From a virus (lineage: Duplodnaviria; Caudoviricetes), in IMG/VR virus record IMGVR_UViG_3300005043_000148, positions 1-34,654 of that record: 34,654 bases of DNA; one strand, 5' to 3'. Both the position numbers and the translations under genes were made by a program. Positions 25,600 to 34,654 of this stretch are shown piece by piece; position 1 is the first letter of the stretch; every line of letters starts with the position of its first letter. The notes below the pieces were generated by a model. The model searched no databases. It was not told the origin of the DNA and saw nothing but the letters and a program-made list of their open reading frames with translations.

Positions 25600-27974
25600 G
25601 TTCAAAAATTGGTACAGTAAGTATAGATATCCTCGCAAATACAGCTAAGCTTGTTAAGGGTATGGACACTGCCGAGAGAAAAGTAGACCGTGTTATTGGA
25701 AACATGAAAAAGGTCATTCTTTCTCTTGGTACGGCTTATGTAGCTTTTGAAGTTGTGGACAAATCTATTGAGTCTTTTATTAAACTTGAAAACTCACAAA
25801 TTGGCGTGGCTAAAACTACAGGGCTTGTTGGATTTGAACTGGACCGTCTAAATGGTAGATTAAATGAAATGTCTGTGACCATGGCTGGTTTTGAGCTTGA
25901 AGGCATTTATGATATTGCAGAAGCTGCTGGTCAACTTGGAATCACAGGTGTTGATAATATCGCAGAGTTTACTCGCGTTATTGGTATGGTTGGACTTACT
26001 ACGGAACTAAGCTCTCAAGAATCTGCTACTTCATTTGCTAAACTTTCTAATTCTTTGAATGAACCTATAGAGAATATAGAAACTTTAGCAAGTGTAGCTA
26101 ACGAACTTTCTAATACAACAACCGCAAATGTGGGACAACTTCTTAAGTTTTCCCAACGCTTGACTGGTGGAGCAAAAACTGCTGGACTAATGACGGATGA
26201 AATCTTTGGTCTTTCAGCGACCATGATAGACCTGGCAATAAACTTTGAAACAGGTGGGACAAATATCAACAGAGTTATGCTTGATATTATCTCTGACTCT
26301 AACAAATTTGCAGAAGCGATAGGTGAAGACTCTGCTGCCTTTGCAAGTTCTGTTCAAAACGAACCTATCACTGCACTTCAAAAACTTTTACAGCATATGA
26401 ATGGTTTGAGTAAAACAGATGCGGCTAACTTTTTAACAGGCTTAGGATATACCGGAACAGAAGTGAAAGATGTTCTTTTAAAACTTTCTTCAAATACAGA
26501 ACTTTTAACAAGAAACTTAAAAATTTCACATGATGAGTATCTTGAGGGGACCTCTATTATGAAAGAATATGAAGTTTCATCCAAGTCTTTAGCTGCACAA
26601 CTTACTAAAAGTAGTGCAATGATAGAACTTGCATTTGCAAATTTTGGTTCAGCTCTTAAAGAACCAATCCTTGCTATGAGTGAATATTTTTTAGAGTACT
26701 CAGAACAAGTTAATTCATTTTTAATCCAATTTAAAAAGGTAGAAGACTTAAATATACAAAGAGATATTTCAATAAAACTTGCACAAGAATATCGTGATTT
26801 AAAAGAGCTAGAAGGAAAAAATACATTATTTTGGTTTAATAGTGACAAAGCTATTCATAATCAAAAGATACAAAATATCAAAGATGAAATTGAATTACTA
26901 GAAAAAAAGTCTAAAGAATTAGGAAAATCAAAAATAGATAAACCTAGTACAACCATTAATAAAGTGTCAGAAAATATCCCTAACCTCCCTGAATTTATAT
27001 CGGCTTACGATGAATATGGAATTCCAAATGAGGCAGAAGAACAACTTCAATCTTATACAAACTCTAGACTAGAAGCAAGTGCCAGAATGAACCAGGCTAG
27101 AGAGCAAGAACTTTCTCGTATCTTAGAACTTAATGATGCGATGATAGCTGCAACTGGTACGGATTATGATCAATGGTTAAATGAGACGAATAACCAGTTA
27201 ATGAACATTGCTGATAGTGGGGCTGATTCTGAACAAATTATGGAAGTTTATAATTCCTTGTTACAGCAAAAATCAGATGCATTACAAGAAGCATTTTTAT
27301 CAGAAGATGAATTGCTATTAATGCGAAACGAAGAACAAACTGAATTAGTACAAGAAGCATTTGAAAACCAGTTGATAACAGAAAGTGAGCGTAGAGATAG
27401 GTTGCTTCAATTAGAAGCATTTTACCAAAAGAATCTAACTAAGCTTAATGCAAAAGGTTTTACAGAACGACAAAAGTTTTCCGCGAAGACAGGTAAGGAC
27501 CAAGTCAAAGGTGTCTTAGGGGATATCCAAGCAACAACAGCTGGCGTAGCAAATGGTAATAAAACAATGTTCAATATAAATAAGGCCGCGGCACTAGCAA
27601 ACGCAGGGATTAGTATGTATGAAGGTGTTTCTAAAACACTAGGTGCTTTTCCTTACCCTATTGCCATTCCTTTAGCAGCACTTCACGCAGCGGCAGGCGC
27701 AATGCAGATAGCTCAAATTGCATCTTCATCTTATGGTGGAGGTGGATCAACTTCTGTACCTTCAATAACAGGTGGTTATTCAACTACTGAAGGAGTCGTT
27801 CCTAGTGATATAGGTAACAGCACTTCGTCTCAAGTTTCAGAACCACAAGAAGAGCAAAAGAACATAACTATCAATCTTAGTGATTCTTCAATCATGAGTA
27901 CAGATGCGGTTAGAGAATTAATAGAAGCCATTAACGAAGAACTTGGCGATGGCGCGAACTTGGTGGCCTCATGA
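25596..27974 (+). CDS. Tail tape measure protein (TP901-type core)
   Basis: IAEAAGQLGI..FT, helical 792 aa, typical position. Confidence 0.93.
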   Translation: MSSKIGTVSIDILANTAKLVKGMDTAERKVDRVIGNMKKVILSLGTAYVAFEVVDKSIESFIKLENSQIGVAKTTGLVGFELDRLNGRLNEMSVTMAGFELEGIYDIAEAAGQLGITGVDNIAEFTRVIGMVGLTTELSSQESATSFAKLSNSLNEPIENIETLASVANELSNTTTANVGQLLKFSQRLTGGAKTAGLMTDEIFGLSATMIDLAINFETGGTNINRVMLDIISDSNKFAEAIGEDSAAFASSVQNEPITALQKLLQHMNGLSKTDAANFLTGLGYTGTEVKDVLLKLSSNTELLTRNLKISHDEYLEGTSIMKEYEVSSKSLAAQLTKSSAMIELAFANFGSALKEPILAMSEYFLEYSEQVNSFLIQFKKVEDLNIQRDISIKLAQEYRDLKELEGKNTLFWFNSDKAIHNQKIQNIKDEIELLEKKSKELGKSKIDKPSTTINKVSENIPNLPEFISAYDEYGIPNEAEEQLQSYTNSRLEASARMNQAREQELSRILELNDAMIAATGTDYDQWLNETNNQLMNIADSGADSEQIMEVYNSLLQQKSDALQEAFLSEDELLLMRNEEQTELVQEAFENQLITESERRDRLLQLEAFYQKNLTKLNAKGFTERQKFSAKTGKDQVKGVLGDIQATTAGVANGNKTMFNINKAAALANAGISMYEGVSKTLGAFPYPIAIPLAALHAAAGAMQIAQIASSSYGGGGSTSVPSITGGYSTTEGVVPSDIGNSTSSQVSEPQEEQKNITINLSDSSIMSTDAVRELIEAINEELGDGANLVAS

Positions 27975-28735
27975 GTTTATCAATAATCGGATATCAAAAC
28001 CTTCTAGAAACGGCAACTGTAACCGCAACAAGTGAAGCAGTAGGCTTTGCAATAGAAAATCTTTATGATGGCTTGGCTTATGATTGGTGGAAACCTGCAG
28101 CGATTGGACTCCATTATATTAACATTGATTTAGGATCTGAAAAAGAGGTTGATTATATTTCTATATTTGCTCACAACCTTGGTGATACTTCATCGACTGT
28201 GAAACTCCAATATGATGAAGATGGACTAGGTAATTGGACGGATGCGACTACAACTTTAACTTCAGAAAATGGAAGAGTAATATTTAAGACACTTACCCCT
28301 TTTAATAAACAGTTTCTTAGATTAGAAGTAGATGCACAAACCGCCATACCAACGATAGGCATAGTAAACATTGGTAAGTCTATGCAAATGCAAACAGGCT
28401 TGCCGAGTGGGTTTATACCTCCTACGATGGGAATGACAAACGATTATGTGAACGCTAAGAGTGATTCGGGTTTATTAATTGGAAGATCACTTATAAGAAA
28501 GTCAAACAGTACAACGATAAAAGCTAATTATGTCACGCCTGCTTGGGTTCGTACTACTTGGATGCCTTTTATTTCACATGCGCAAGTTAAGCCATTTTTC
28601 TTTTCTTGGGATCCTGAAAGATATCCTGATGAAGCGGTATATTGCGTAACAAGTAAGAAAATAACACCACCGAAGTATTCAGGGTCTCTTCACATGAACG
28701 TATCTTTAAAAGTGGAGGCTTGGCATGAGCTTTGA
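27971..28735 (+). CDS. Distal tail-like protein with a discoidin-like beta-sandwich
   Basis: ENLYDG..WWKP..INIDLG..AHNL; follows the TMP. Confidence 0.6.
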   Translation: MSLSIIGYQNLLETATVTATSEAVGFAIENLYDGLAYDWWKPAAIGLHYINIDLGSEKEVDYISIFAHNLGDTSSTVKLQYDEDGLGNWTDATTTLTSENGRVIFKTLTPFNKQFLRLEVDAQTAIPTIGIVNIGKSMQMQTGLPSGFIPPTMGMTNDYVNAKSDSGLLIGRSLIRKSNSTTIKANYVTPAWVRTTWMPFISHAQVKPFFFSWDPERYPDEAVYCVTSKKITPPKYSGSLHMNVSLKVEAWHEL

Positions 28736-30476
28736 TAGTGAAAGAAAAAGGTTAGGAAAAGAACCTGTAACCTTAGTTGAATTAGATTTAGACTTTTGCT
28801 CTCTAAGTTTTAGTGGCGCGCCTTGTACTGCTACGGGAGTACCTTGCTATAACACTAGAAATACATGCAAGGACGCTGCAAACTTTACAAAAGGTACTAA
28901 GACGTACACAATGATTACTAAGGGTGCTAGTGCTCCCGTAGGTCAAGTAATGTTCCCTTGTGTAAAAAAAGTTTCTTATTCTCCTACTAAACTTACCTTT
29001 GGAAATGGTCTAGGTTATAGATCAAAGGTAACAATAACTTTTCAAGATTTTGCACACCACGACAGAGGTATAGACCCCTACCAAAGTCAAAGAACTTACG
29101 ATACCAACCAAGGCACGTTTTTTGGAAAGCTTTTAGCTAGAAACACTTACTACAACGGGAGAACGATAAGAATAAGAACCGGGTATCAAGCAACACCTTT
29201 TTCATTAGATAACTTTGATACTAGAGAATACATCATTGAAAAAATAGATATTTCAGCCAATGGTGTCGTAAAGATTGTTGGAAAAGATATCTTAAAGAAG
29301 ATAGATAATAAAAGATCTCAATGCCCTAAGGTTTCAGAAGGTTTATTGTCAGCGGATATGACAAAGACTGCTACTTCAATCACTCTTTTACCTGGGGGAA
29401 TAGGACTTGATTATCCTGATTCCGGAGTGATAAGAATCGGCGATGAAATAATGAGTTACTCCAGTAAAAATGTTGACACTTTGCAAGGTTTAGTTAGAGC
29501 AGGGTTCGGAACTGAAGCGGATGATGCACAGGACGAAGATACTGTTCAACTATGCAAGATATATGACAATTTAAACGTAGTAGATATTATTTACGACCTC
29601 TTGGTTAATTATGCAGACATAGATCCAAAATTTATTCCTTATAACAATGACGTTAACAACAAAGATGAGTGGGATATAGAAAAAGAAAATTGGCTTTCTC
29701 TAAAAACTTATTACACCGTTGTTTCTACTTCAGAAGGTGTTCAAACCTTAATTGAAGAATTAACAGAACAATCATTAATCCTTTTTTGGTGGGATGAGCT
29801 TTCGCAAAAGATTAAACTAAAAGTTATTGCCCCACCGCAAAGGGGAGAGGTCGTTAACTATGTAAGTGATAAATTTAACATCTTAGAAAACTCCATGTCA
29901 ATACAGAATGATGATTCAAAACGATTTAGTGAAATATGGGTTTACTCAGGTGTCAAAAATTGGGCTGAAACTTCAGAGATAGAAGACTTTACAAAGCTGC
30001 ATATTAAAGCTGATCTTGAAAAAGAAGGTGAAGACCAATACGGAGATAGAAGAATAAAGAAGGTCATGTCTAGGTGGTTCACACTAGATACTCATTCAAC
30101 AATATTTACAGAAAGATATATGTTGATGAGTAAAGATACACCCAAGGTTATTACCTTACAACTTGATGCAAAAGAGCATGAAGTTAAGACAGGTGACTTT
30201 TTAGACGTATCGACAAGGTTAGTATTAGATGCAACCGGAAGCCCAACTGGTCAAAGATATCACGTTACAGAAGTAAAAGAAGTTGTTCTAGGTCACAGCA
30301 TGCAAGTAACCGCTATGACCTCAGGGTTTGCGATAGATATTAGATACGGGTACATAGCACCAAACGGTGTGCCTAACTATTCAGAAGCAACAGCGGCCCA
30401 AAGAGATGGAATGGCCTTTATTTCACCTAATAATGGTCTATTTTTGGATGGAACAGAAGCGTACAAAATAATTTAA
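28725..30476 (+). CDS. Tail tip / hub protein
   Basis: Position; Cys-rich N-terminus; GVIRIGDEIMSY..RAGFGT repeat-type motif. Confidence 0.65.
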   Translation: MSFDSERKRLGKEPVTLVELDLDFCSLSFSGAPCTATGVPCYNTRNTCKDAANFTKGTKTYTMITKGASAPVGQVMFPCVKKVSYSPTKLTFGNGLGYRSKVTITFQDFAHHDRGIDPYQSQRTYDTNQGTFFGKLLARNTYYNGRTIRIRTGYQATPFSLDNFDTREYIIEKIDISANGVVKIVGKDILKKIDNKRSQCPKVSEGLLSADMTKTATSITLLPGGIGLDYPDSGVIRIGDEIMSYSSKNVDTLQGLVRAGFGTEADDAQDEDTVQLCKIYDNLNVVDIIYDLLVNYADIDPKFIPYNNDVNNKDEWDIEKENWLSLKTYYTVVSTSEGVQTLIEELTEQSLILFWWDELSQKIKLKVIAPPQRGEVVNYVSDKFNILENSMSIQNDDSKRFSEIWVYSGVKNWAETSEIEDFTKLHIKADLEKEGEDQYGDRRIKKVMSRWFTLDTHSTIFTERYMLMSKDTPKVITLQLDAKEHEVKTGDFLDVSTRLVLDATGSPTGQRYHVTEVKEVVLGHSMQVTAMTSGFAIDIRYGYIAPNGVPNYSEATAAQRDGMAFISPNNGLFLDGTEAYKII

Positions 30477-30487
30477 AGGAAAACTAA

Positions 30488-30715
30488 ATGCTACAAGTAA
30501 CTACAAAATTACCTGATATACCAAATGGAACAGCGATTCCATGCCCTGAGATAGGCTTTAAATGGCGCAAGGTTTCATCATGTCTTAATTGTCCTTTTTT
30601 TAATGGTTTTGGGATCATGTCTACTGACACATTATTGCCTTTTGACAAGCAGTACGCTGTTAGATGTTCCCACGTGATAGAAAGAAGAACAACAATTTTG
30701 GAGGTACATGATTAA
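30488..30715 (+). CDS. Small Cys-rich tail-region protein
   Basis: PCP..CLNC..RCSH; AAGGA RBS. Confidence 0.65.
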   Translation: MLQVTTKLPDIPNGTAIPCPEIGFKWRKVSSCLNCPFFNGFGIMSTDTLLPFDKQYAVRCSHVIERRTTILEVHD

Positions 30716-31185
30716 TGGCAAACTATACAGCTATACCAAACAGTGACTTAGACGCGGAAAGCCCGATTACACAATCTTTAATGGAAGCCCTTAGCTCTAA
30801 CCCTATTGCAATTGCTGAAGCTGCCACCGGTGCGCCAAAGATAAGTGGCAACGCTTTTGAAGATGGAGCGATACCATCTTCAAAGATAACATATAGTGAT
30901 GCAGGGGTAAAAGGCGCAATTTCAGTAACTAATATTGATACTAACCCCCCGTCATATAAAACAATAAATGTGGAAGGAATATTATCTTACGCAGTAGTAA
31001 TTACTACTTATAACGGGGGACTTACAGGCGGTGTTCAAATCTATATTAATAATGCTTGGAGAGAAGCCGACATGCAAGGTGTTGTATTTTCCACAGGGGC
31101 AAATGTTCGTATTTATGCGGATGCTTATTATGGTGGAGTGCCTAACCCTACAACTACTGCAACATTTAATTATGATCTTTTTTAA
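30715..31185 (+). CDS. Short tail fibre / receptor-binding protein
   Basis: N-terminal anchor DAESPITQSLM..NPIAIAEAATGAPKI followed by a short beta-rich head. Confidence 0.6.
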   Translation: MANYTAIPNSDLDAESPITQSLMEALSSNPIAIAEAATGAPKISGNAFEDGAIPSSKITYSDAGVKGAISVTNIDTNPPSYKTINVEGILSYAVVITTYNGGLTGGVQIYINNAWREADMQGVVFSTGANVRIYADAYYGGVPNPTTTATFNYDLF

Positions 31186-31194
31186 GGAAATGAA

Positions 31195-31674
31195 ATGAAA
31201 ATAGATGATAGAAGCGGAAAAGTAATAGACAACACAACGAAAGACTTCTACGGATTTGACTCTTCTCTAAACGGAGAAATATTTTTAGGAATTGACGAAG
31301 AGGATGGAGGTGTATATACAAGGTTCAACTATACGCTAGATGATCTTAAAAGTTCAAAATACAATGAAATAGATCAAATGCTATTTACTCGTCAAGAATT
31401 ACCCGTAATAGTTAGTGGCGTACAGTACCACGGGGGATATGTAAGTGCTTTAAAGCTTGATTCTGAATATAGATTAGCTGAAAGGATAGGGGTAACAGAA
31501 GTTATATTTACAGACACTCACAATGATGAGCATGTGTTGTCTTTAGTTGATGCAAACACAGTAATCACAGAAGTATCTAAGAAGTACAGAAGTGACTTTC
31601 TTCATAAGCAAAAACTTGTAAGACTTGCTCAATCAGCTCAGGACAAAACAGAGCTAGATGCGATTGCGTGGTAG
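31195..31674 (+). CDS. Tail fibre assembly protein (DUF4376-like)
   Basis: LDDLKSSKYNEI..ELDAIAW C-terminus. Confidence 0.7.
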   Translation: MKIDDRSGKVIDNTTKDFYGFDSSLNGEIFLGIDEEDGGVYTRFNYTLDDLKSSKYNEIDQMLFTRQELPVIVSGVQYHGGYVSALKLDSEYRLAERIGVTEVIFTDTHNDEHVLSLVDANTVITEVSKKYRSDFLHKQKLVRLAQSAQDKTELDAIAW

Positions 31675-31730
31675 CCCCTTATGAAGCACTTCTGTTTTAA
31701 GAAAAATTTTTATATTAAAGGAAAAATTAA

Positions 31731-32060
31731 ATGATTATAGCAAGGTTTATAGGGTTTGTGACCCTTCCATATTCACTAATAGCGATGGTAGCTTTTTACC
31801 TATTATCGTTTATATTTAAGCCTTTTAGCCATTCCGGATCAAAGTTCATATTTAACCAAGCAATAAGTTTTGATCAAACGTGTAACAGCTTACTAAACGG
31901 AAACATGGACAAAACAATGTCAGGTCGAATGGGTAGGCATATAAAGAATAATACCGCTCCAAAATGGATGAAAGCACTTTGCAAGGTACTTTCATGGCAG
32001 GACCCTGTTAAGAAGAAGCATTGTGAAGAAGTTTATGAAATTGAAATAAAGGAAATTTAG
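31731..32060 (+). CDS. Phage membrane protein in the lysis region
   Basis: AISFDQTCNSLLNG..TMSGRMG..HC, a recurrent phage family pattern. Confidence 0.65.
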   Translation: MIIARFIGFVTLPYSLIAMVAFYLLSFIFKPFSHSGSKFIFNQAISFDQTCNSLLNGNMDKTMSGRMGRHIKNNTAPKWMKALCKVLSWQDPVKKKHCEEVYEIEIKEI

Positions 32061-32420
32061 GTGGATAAATTAACAGATGGATTAAGTGAGGTCTTCAGTA
32101 ATAACGGAATTTTTCAACACTTATGGATGTTGGGAATATCTTTATTAGCAGGGATGGTTGGGCATTTTGAGCGTATGGAAAAAGTTCATTATAAAAGCTT
32201 TAACGTAATGATTTTTATCTTTGATCTATTAACTTCAGGGTTTGTTGGATTGCTTTCTTTATACGCTTGTCTTGCAATGTGTACTGATATTTATATGATG
32301 GCAGTAATTGTTGGGATGTCCGCTCATAGCGGAACAAAAGGTATAAGCGCTATTCTAAAACTTATTGCAGGTAGGTACAAGTTATCTATACAAATTCAAA
32401 CAAAGGAAGAAAAGAAATGA
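32061..32420 (+). CDS. Holin (LydA-like, 3 TM)
   Basis: TM segments; SGFVGL..GMSAHSG. Confidence 0.7.
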   Translation: MDKLTDGLSEVFSNNGIFQHLWMLGISLLAGMVGHFERMEKVHYKSFNVMIFIFDLLTSGFVGLLSLYACLAMCTDIYMMAVIVGMSAHSGTKGISAILKLIAGRYKLSIQIQTKEEKK

Positions 32421-32815
32421 GCTTTATAAAATCACTTTTTGGAAATACAGACCTTGTAAGAAATGGAATGAGCGCAATTGGAAAAATGGTGTTTACACCT
32501 GAAGAAAAGGCAGATTATTTAATTAGATTTCTTAATGCTTATGAACCTTTCAAGATAGCACAAAGAATCCTTGCCATTATGTTTAGTGGAGTGTTCTTGA
32601 GTGTGTTTATTATGTCTGTAATTATTTATGTAATGGGAATTTTTACTGAGGATATAGGAAGAGCAGGATTTTTGCTTGCTTCAGCACATGACCTTATTAA
32701 CTTCAACATAGACACATTAGGACTTCCAACTTCTATGATTGTTGGGTTTTACTTTGGTGGTGGAATGATTGAAGGGGTCATTAGATCAAGAATAAAGGAT
32801 TTTAAAAATGACTAA
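32417..32815 (+). CDS. Second holin-like membrane protein
   Basis: FTPEEKA..QRILA..TM..IVGFYFGG. Confidence 0.6.
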   Translation: MSFIKSLFGNTDLVRNGMSAIGKMVFTPEEKADYLIRFLNAYEPFKIAQRILAIMFSGVFLSVFIMSVIIYVMGIFTEDIGRAGFLLASAHDLINFNIDTLGLPTSMIVGFYFGGGMIEGVIRSRIKDFKND

Positions 32816-33224
32816 CATGGATGATTTAGTAATAGGCATTAAAGAACATGAAGGATTTAGAGGAAAAGTCTATGAGGACCACTTAGGCTTTCCCACCGTA
32901 GGCTATGGAACAAAGATGCCATTGACCAAAAAAGAAGCAACCGTTCTTCTAAGATTAAGACTGACAGAGATGGTTGAAGAACTATTTATGAAACGTTCTA
33001 TCTTTAGAAGACTACCTGTTGAAGCTCAAAATATTCTTGCAGAAATGGCTTATCAAATGGGAGTTCCAAACCTCATGAAGTTTAGAAAGACTTGGGCTTT
33101 TCTTGAAGAGCATGAGTTTATAGAAGCTTCTATTGAAATGCTTGATAGTCAATGGCATAAGCAAACACCTAGTCGAGCAAAAGAACTTTCAAAACGCATG
33201 AAACAAATCAAAACACAAGGATAA
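32808..33224 (+). CDS. Endolysin, T4-lysozyme (GH24)-like
   Basis: HEGFR..YEDHLGFPTVGYG (E-D-T triad); EMLDSQWHKQTPSRA. Confidence 0.92.
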   Translation: MTNMDDLVIGIKEHEGFRGKVYEDHLGFPTVGYGTKMPLTKKEATVLLRLRLTEMVEELFMKRSIFRRLPVEAQNILAEMAYQMGVPNLMKFRKTWAFLEEHEFIEASIEMLDSQWHKQTPSRAKELSKRMKQIKTQG

Positions 33225-33227
33225 GAA

Positions 33228-33479
33228 ATGGCAACAGAAACAGCAACAGACAGTAGAGGCGTAGCACTACAAGTATTTAAGCCTACACAAGGCAAAGTTT
33301 TAACAGCTACAGTAACAACCGCTTACGTTCCAACTGAAACAGAAACACTTAAGTTGGCAAATCTTGCAAAGATTACAATTGATGGAATTCAAATTGAGTA
33401 TGCACAAGGTGAAATTATTGCGCTCACTAAAGGCAAGTCCTACACTTTTGATATTGCAACTTCTGCACATGTGATGTAG
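33228..33479 (+). CDS. Small beta-rich putative virion protein
   Basis: Thr/Ala-rich; coupled to the next gene. Confidence 0.6.
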   Translation: MATETATDSRGVALQVFKPTQGKVLTATVTTAYVPTETETLKLANLAKITIDGIQIEYAQGEIIALTKGKSYTFDIATSAHVM

Positions 33480-33481
33480 TT

Positions 33482-34654
33482 GTGAATTTATCACTAGGGT
33501 TAAGTTTAGGATCAAATGTAAAAAAAACAATTTTATCTTATTTAGTTGAATATAGGTTAACTTCCTCACTAACAACAGACGGAACTTTTAGCTATACTGA
33601 AAATACGGGCTCATCTAATGTAGATGGTAAATTAATACTACTTTCAAATGGTGTAGCATGGAATCCAATTAGCGGAGGGGCTGAATACCCTGAAGACGGG
33701 ACTATTAATTTATCTGGTGGGTACGCTATTGATACACAAGTTATATTTCCTTCTGACCTAGAATGGTCTCTTCCTCTAACGTACAATATTGATGGAGCAG
33801 GAAACTATGATTTAGCTATTATTAACTATAAGGGCGATGGGATTGCTAACATATGGAGAGGAAATCAATCAACATACTTTACTTTATCAGATGATGATAC
33901 AGGATTATCTTATGTGCCTCCATTATCTTCTTATAAGATAGAAGAGATTCCAAAGTTACCAGCCAAAGTAATATGGACTTTTGAGGGGATTATAGATATT
34001 ACTGATACTATAGCACACAGTATAACTATAACTTCTAATACATACATAGACCCTTCAACATTCTCAGTAGCAGATATTACAGTATCAGTAGAAGCTAATG
34101 GAACTATTAGCAACTTAATTCAAACAGCTAATCCTTTAGTATGGACTTTTGACTTTGCAGCTGATACAGTCACAGATACAACCAACGTATTTACTATAGG
34201 AACAGCTATTACAGACTTATGGGGAAATCTACCTAGTTCCACCTCAGTAAGTTCAAATTTTGAAATAGACGTAACAAATATACTAGGGCCTGAATTAGTA
34301 ACTAATGGTATGTTTGATACAGACCTTGCCGGATGGACTGTTGGCACTTGGGTATGGGGATCAGGTGGGATTGCAACTGACAGCACCGTAGGTGGATACG
34401 ATACATTTACTCAAAATGGGGTTCCCACGTCTAATTACACAACAAAACAGTATAGAGTATCTTATGATGTAGTAGGTGCAGTAGGAGGCGGTGCAAGAAT
34501 TAAATTCAACAACGTGTACCTAAATGATTACCAGTCTAATGGAAGTTATACCTATGACACAACAACTACAACAAGCCTCTCTCAGGTTCTAATCTTAAGT
34601 AACTCTAGCTTTTCAGGCTCAGTAGATAACATTTCAGTTAAGGAGATTTTATGA
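33482..34654 (+). CDS. Putative virion adhesin with Ig-like and CBM-like domains
   Basis: FSVADITV..GTISNL..WTF..TDLWGN Ig-like segment; LGPELVTNGMFDTD..SVDNISVKE CBM-like segment. Confidence 0.65.
   Translation: MNLSLGLSLGSNVKKTILSYLVEYRLTSSLTTDGTFSYTENTGSSNVDGKLILLSNGVAWNPISGGAEYPEDGTINLSGGYAIDTQVIFPSDLEWSLPLTYNIDGAGNYDLAIINYKGDGIANIWRGNQSTYFTLSDDDTGLSYVPPLSSYKIEEIPKLPAKVIWTFEGIIDITDTIAHSITITSNTYIDPSTFSVADITVSVEANGTISNLIQTANPLVWTFDFAADTVTDTTNVFTIGTAITDLWGNLPSSTSVSSNFEIDVTNILGPELVTNGMFDTDLAGWTVGTWVWGSGGIATDSTVGGYDTFTQNGVPTSNYTTKQYRVSYDVVGAVGGGARIKFNNVYLNDYQSNGSYTYDTTTTTSLSQVLILSNSSFSGSVDNISVKEIL

Larger units (their letters stand above)
1421..34654. mobile_element. Temperate siphovirus-type prophage (HK97-like head); right end outside the window
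   Basis: Complete module order int-xis-early-immunity-replication-packaging-head-tail-lysis, starting right after rnpB. Confidence 0.95.

Noticed and set aside
7847-34386. Many short opposite-strand or nested ORFs (e.g. 7847-8056, 8654-8932, 11708-12005, 13196-13444, 26015-26848, 33300-34386)
   Set aside because: They overlap well-supported genes, with no RBS or recognisable motifs.
30715-34654. Diversity-generating retroelement or invertible tail-fibre cassette
   Set aside because: No reverse transcriptase, invertase or TR/VR pair seen in this window.
1450-34654. Alternative genetic code or stop-codon reassignment
   Set aside because: Genes are full length and tightly packed under code 11, with all three stops in use.

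Overview
The window holds a short host flank (a membrane-protein gene, a T4 endonuclease VII-like gene and the RNase P RNA gene rnpB). It is followed by about 33 kb of an apparently intact temperate siphovirus-type prophage that begins immediately 3' of rnpB and runs off the right edge. The low GC, TG-n-TATAAT promoters and AAGGA RBSs suggest a Campylobacterota host such as Sulfurimonas or Sulfurovum; this is an inference. The prophage has int/xis, a leftward early region with two aberrant tRNA-like elements, a split immunity region, replication genes, HNH/terminase, an HK97-type head, a non-contractile tail with a -1 frameshifted chaperone, lysis genes and post-lysis Ig-like genes. The most notable signal is in the CI-like repressor. 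It lacks a LexA/S24 autoprotease domain but carries a G-x-x-NNQAGR-[N/D] motif, and the same motif recurs at the extreme N-terminus of the next, co-transcribed membrane protein. This receptor/effector layout resembles RHIM/BASS amyloid signalling pairs and may be an undescribed SOS-independent prophage switch. All family assignments come from motif recognition by eye; no database searches were run.
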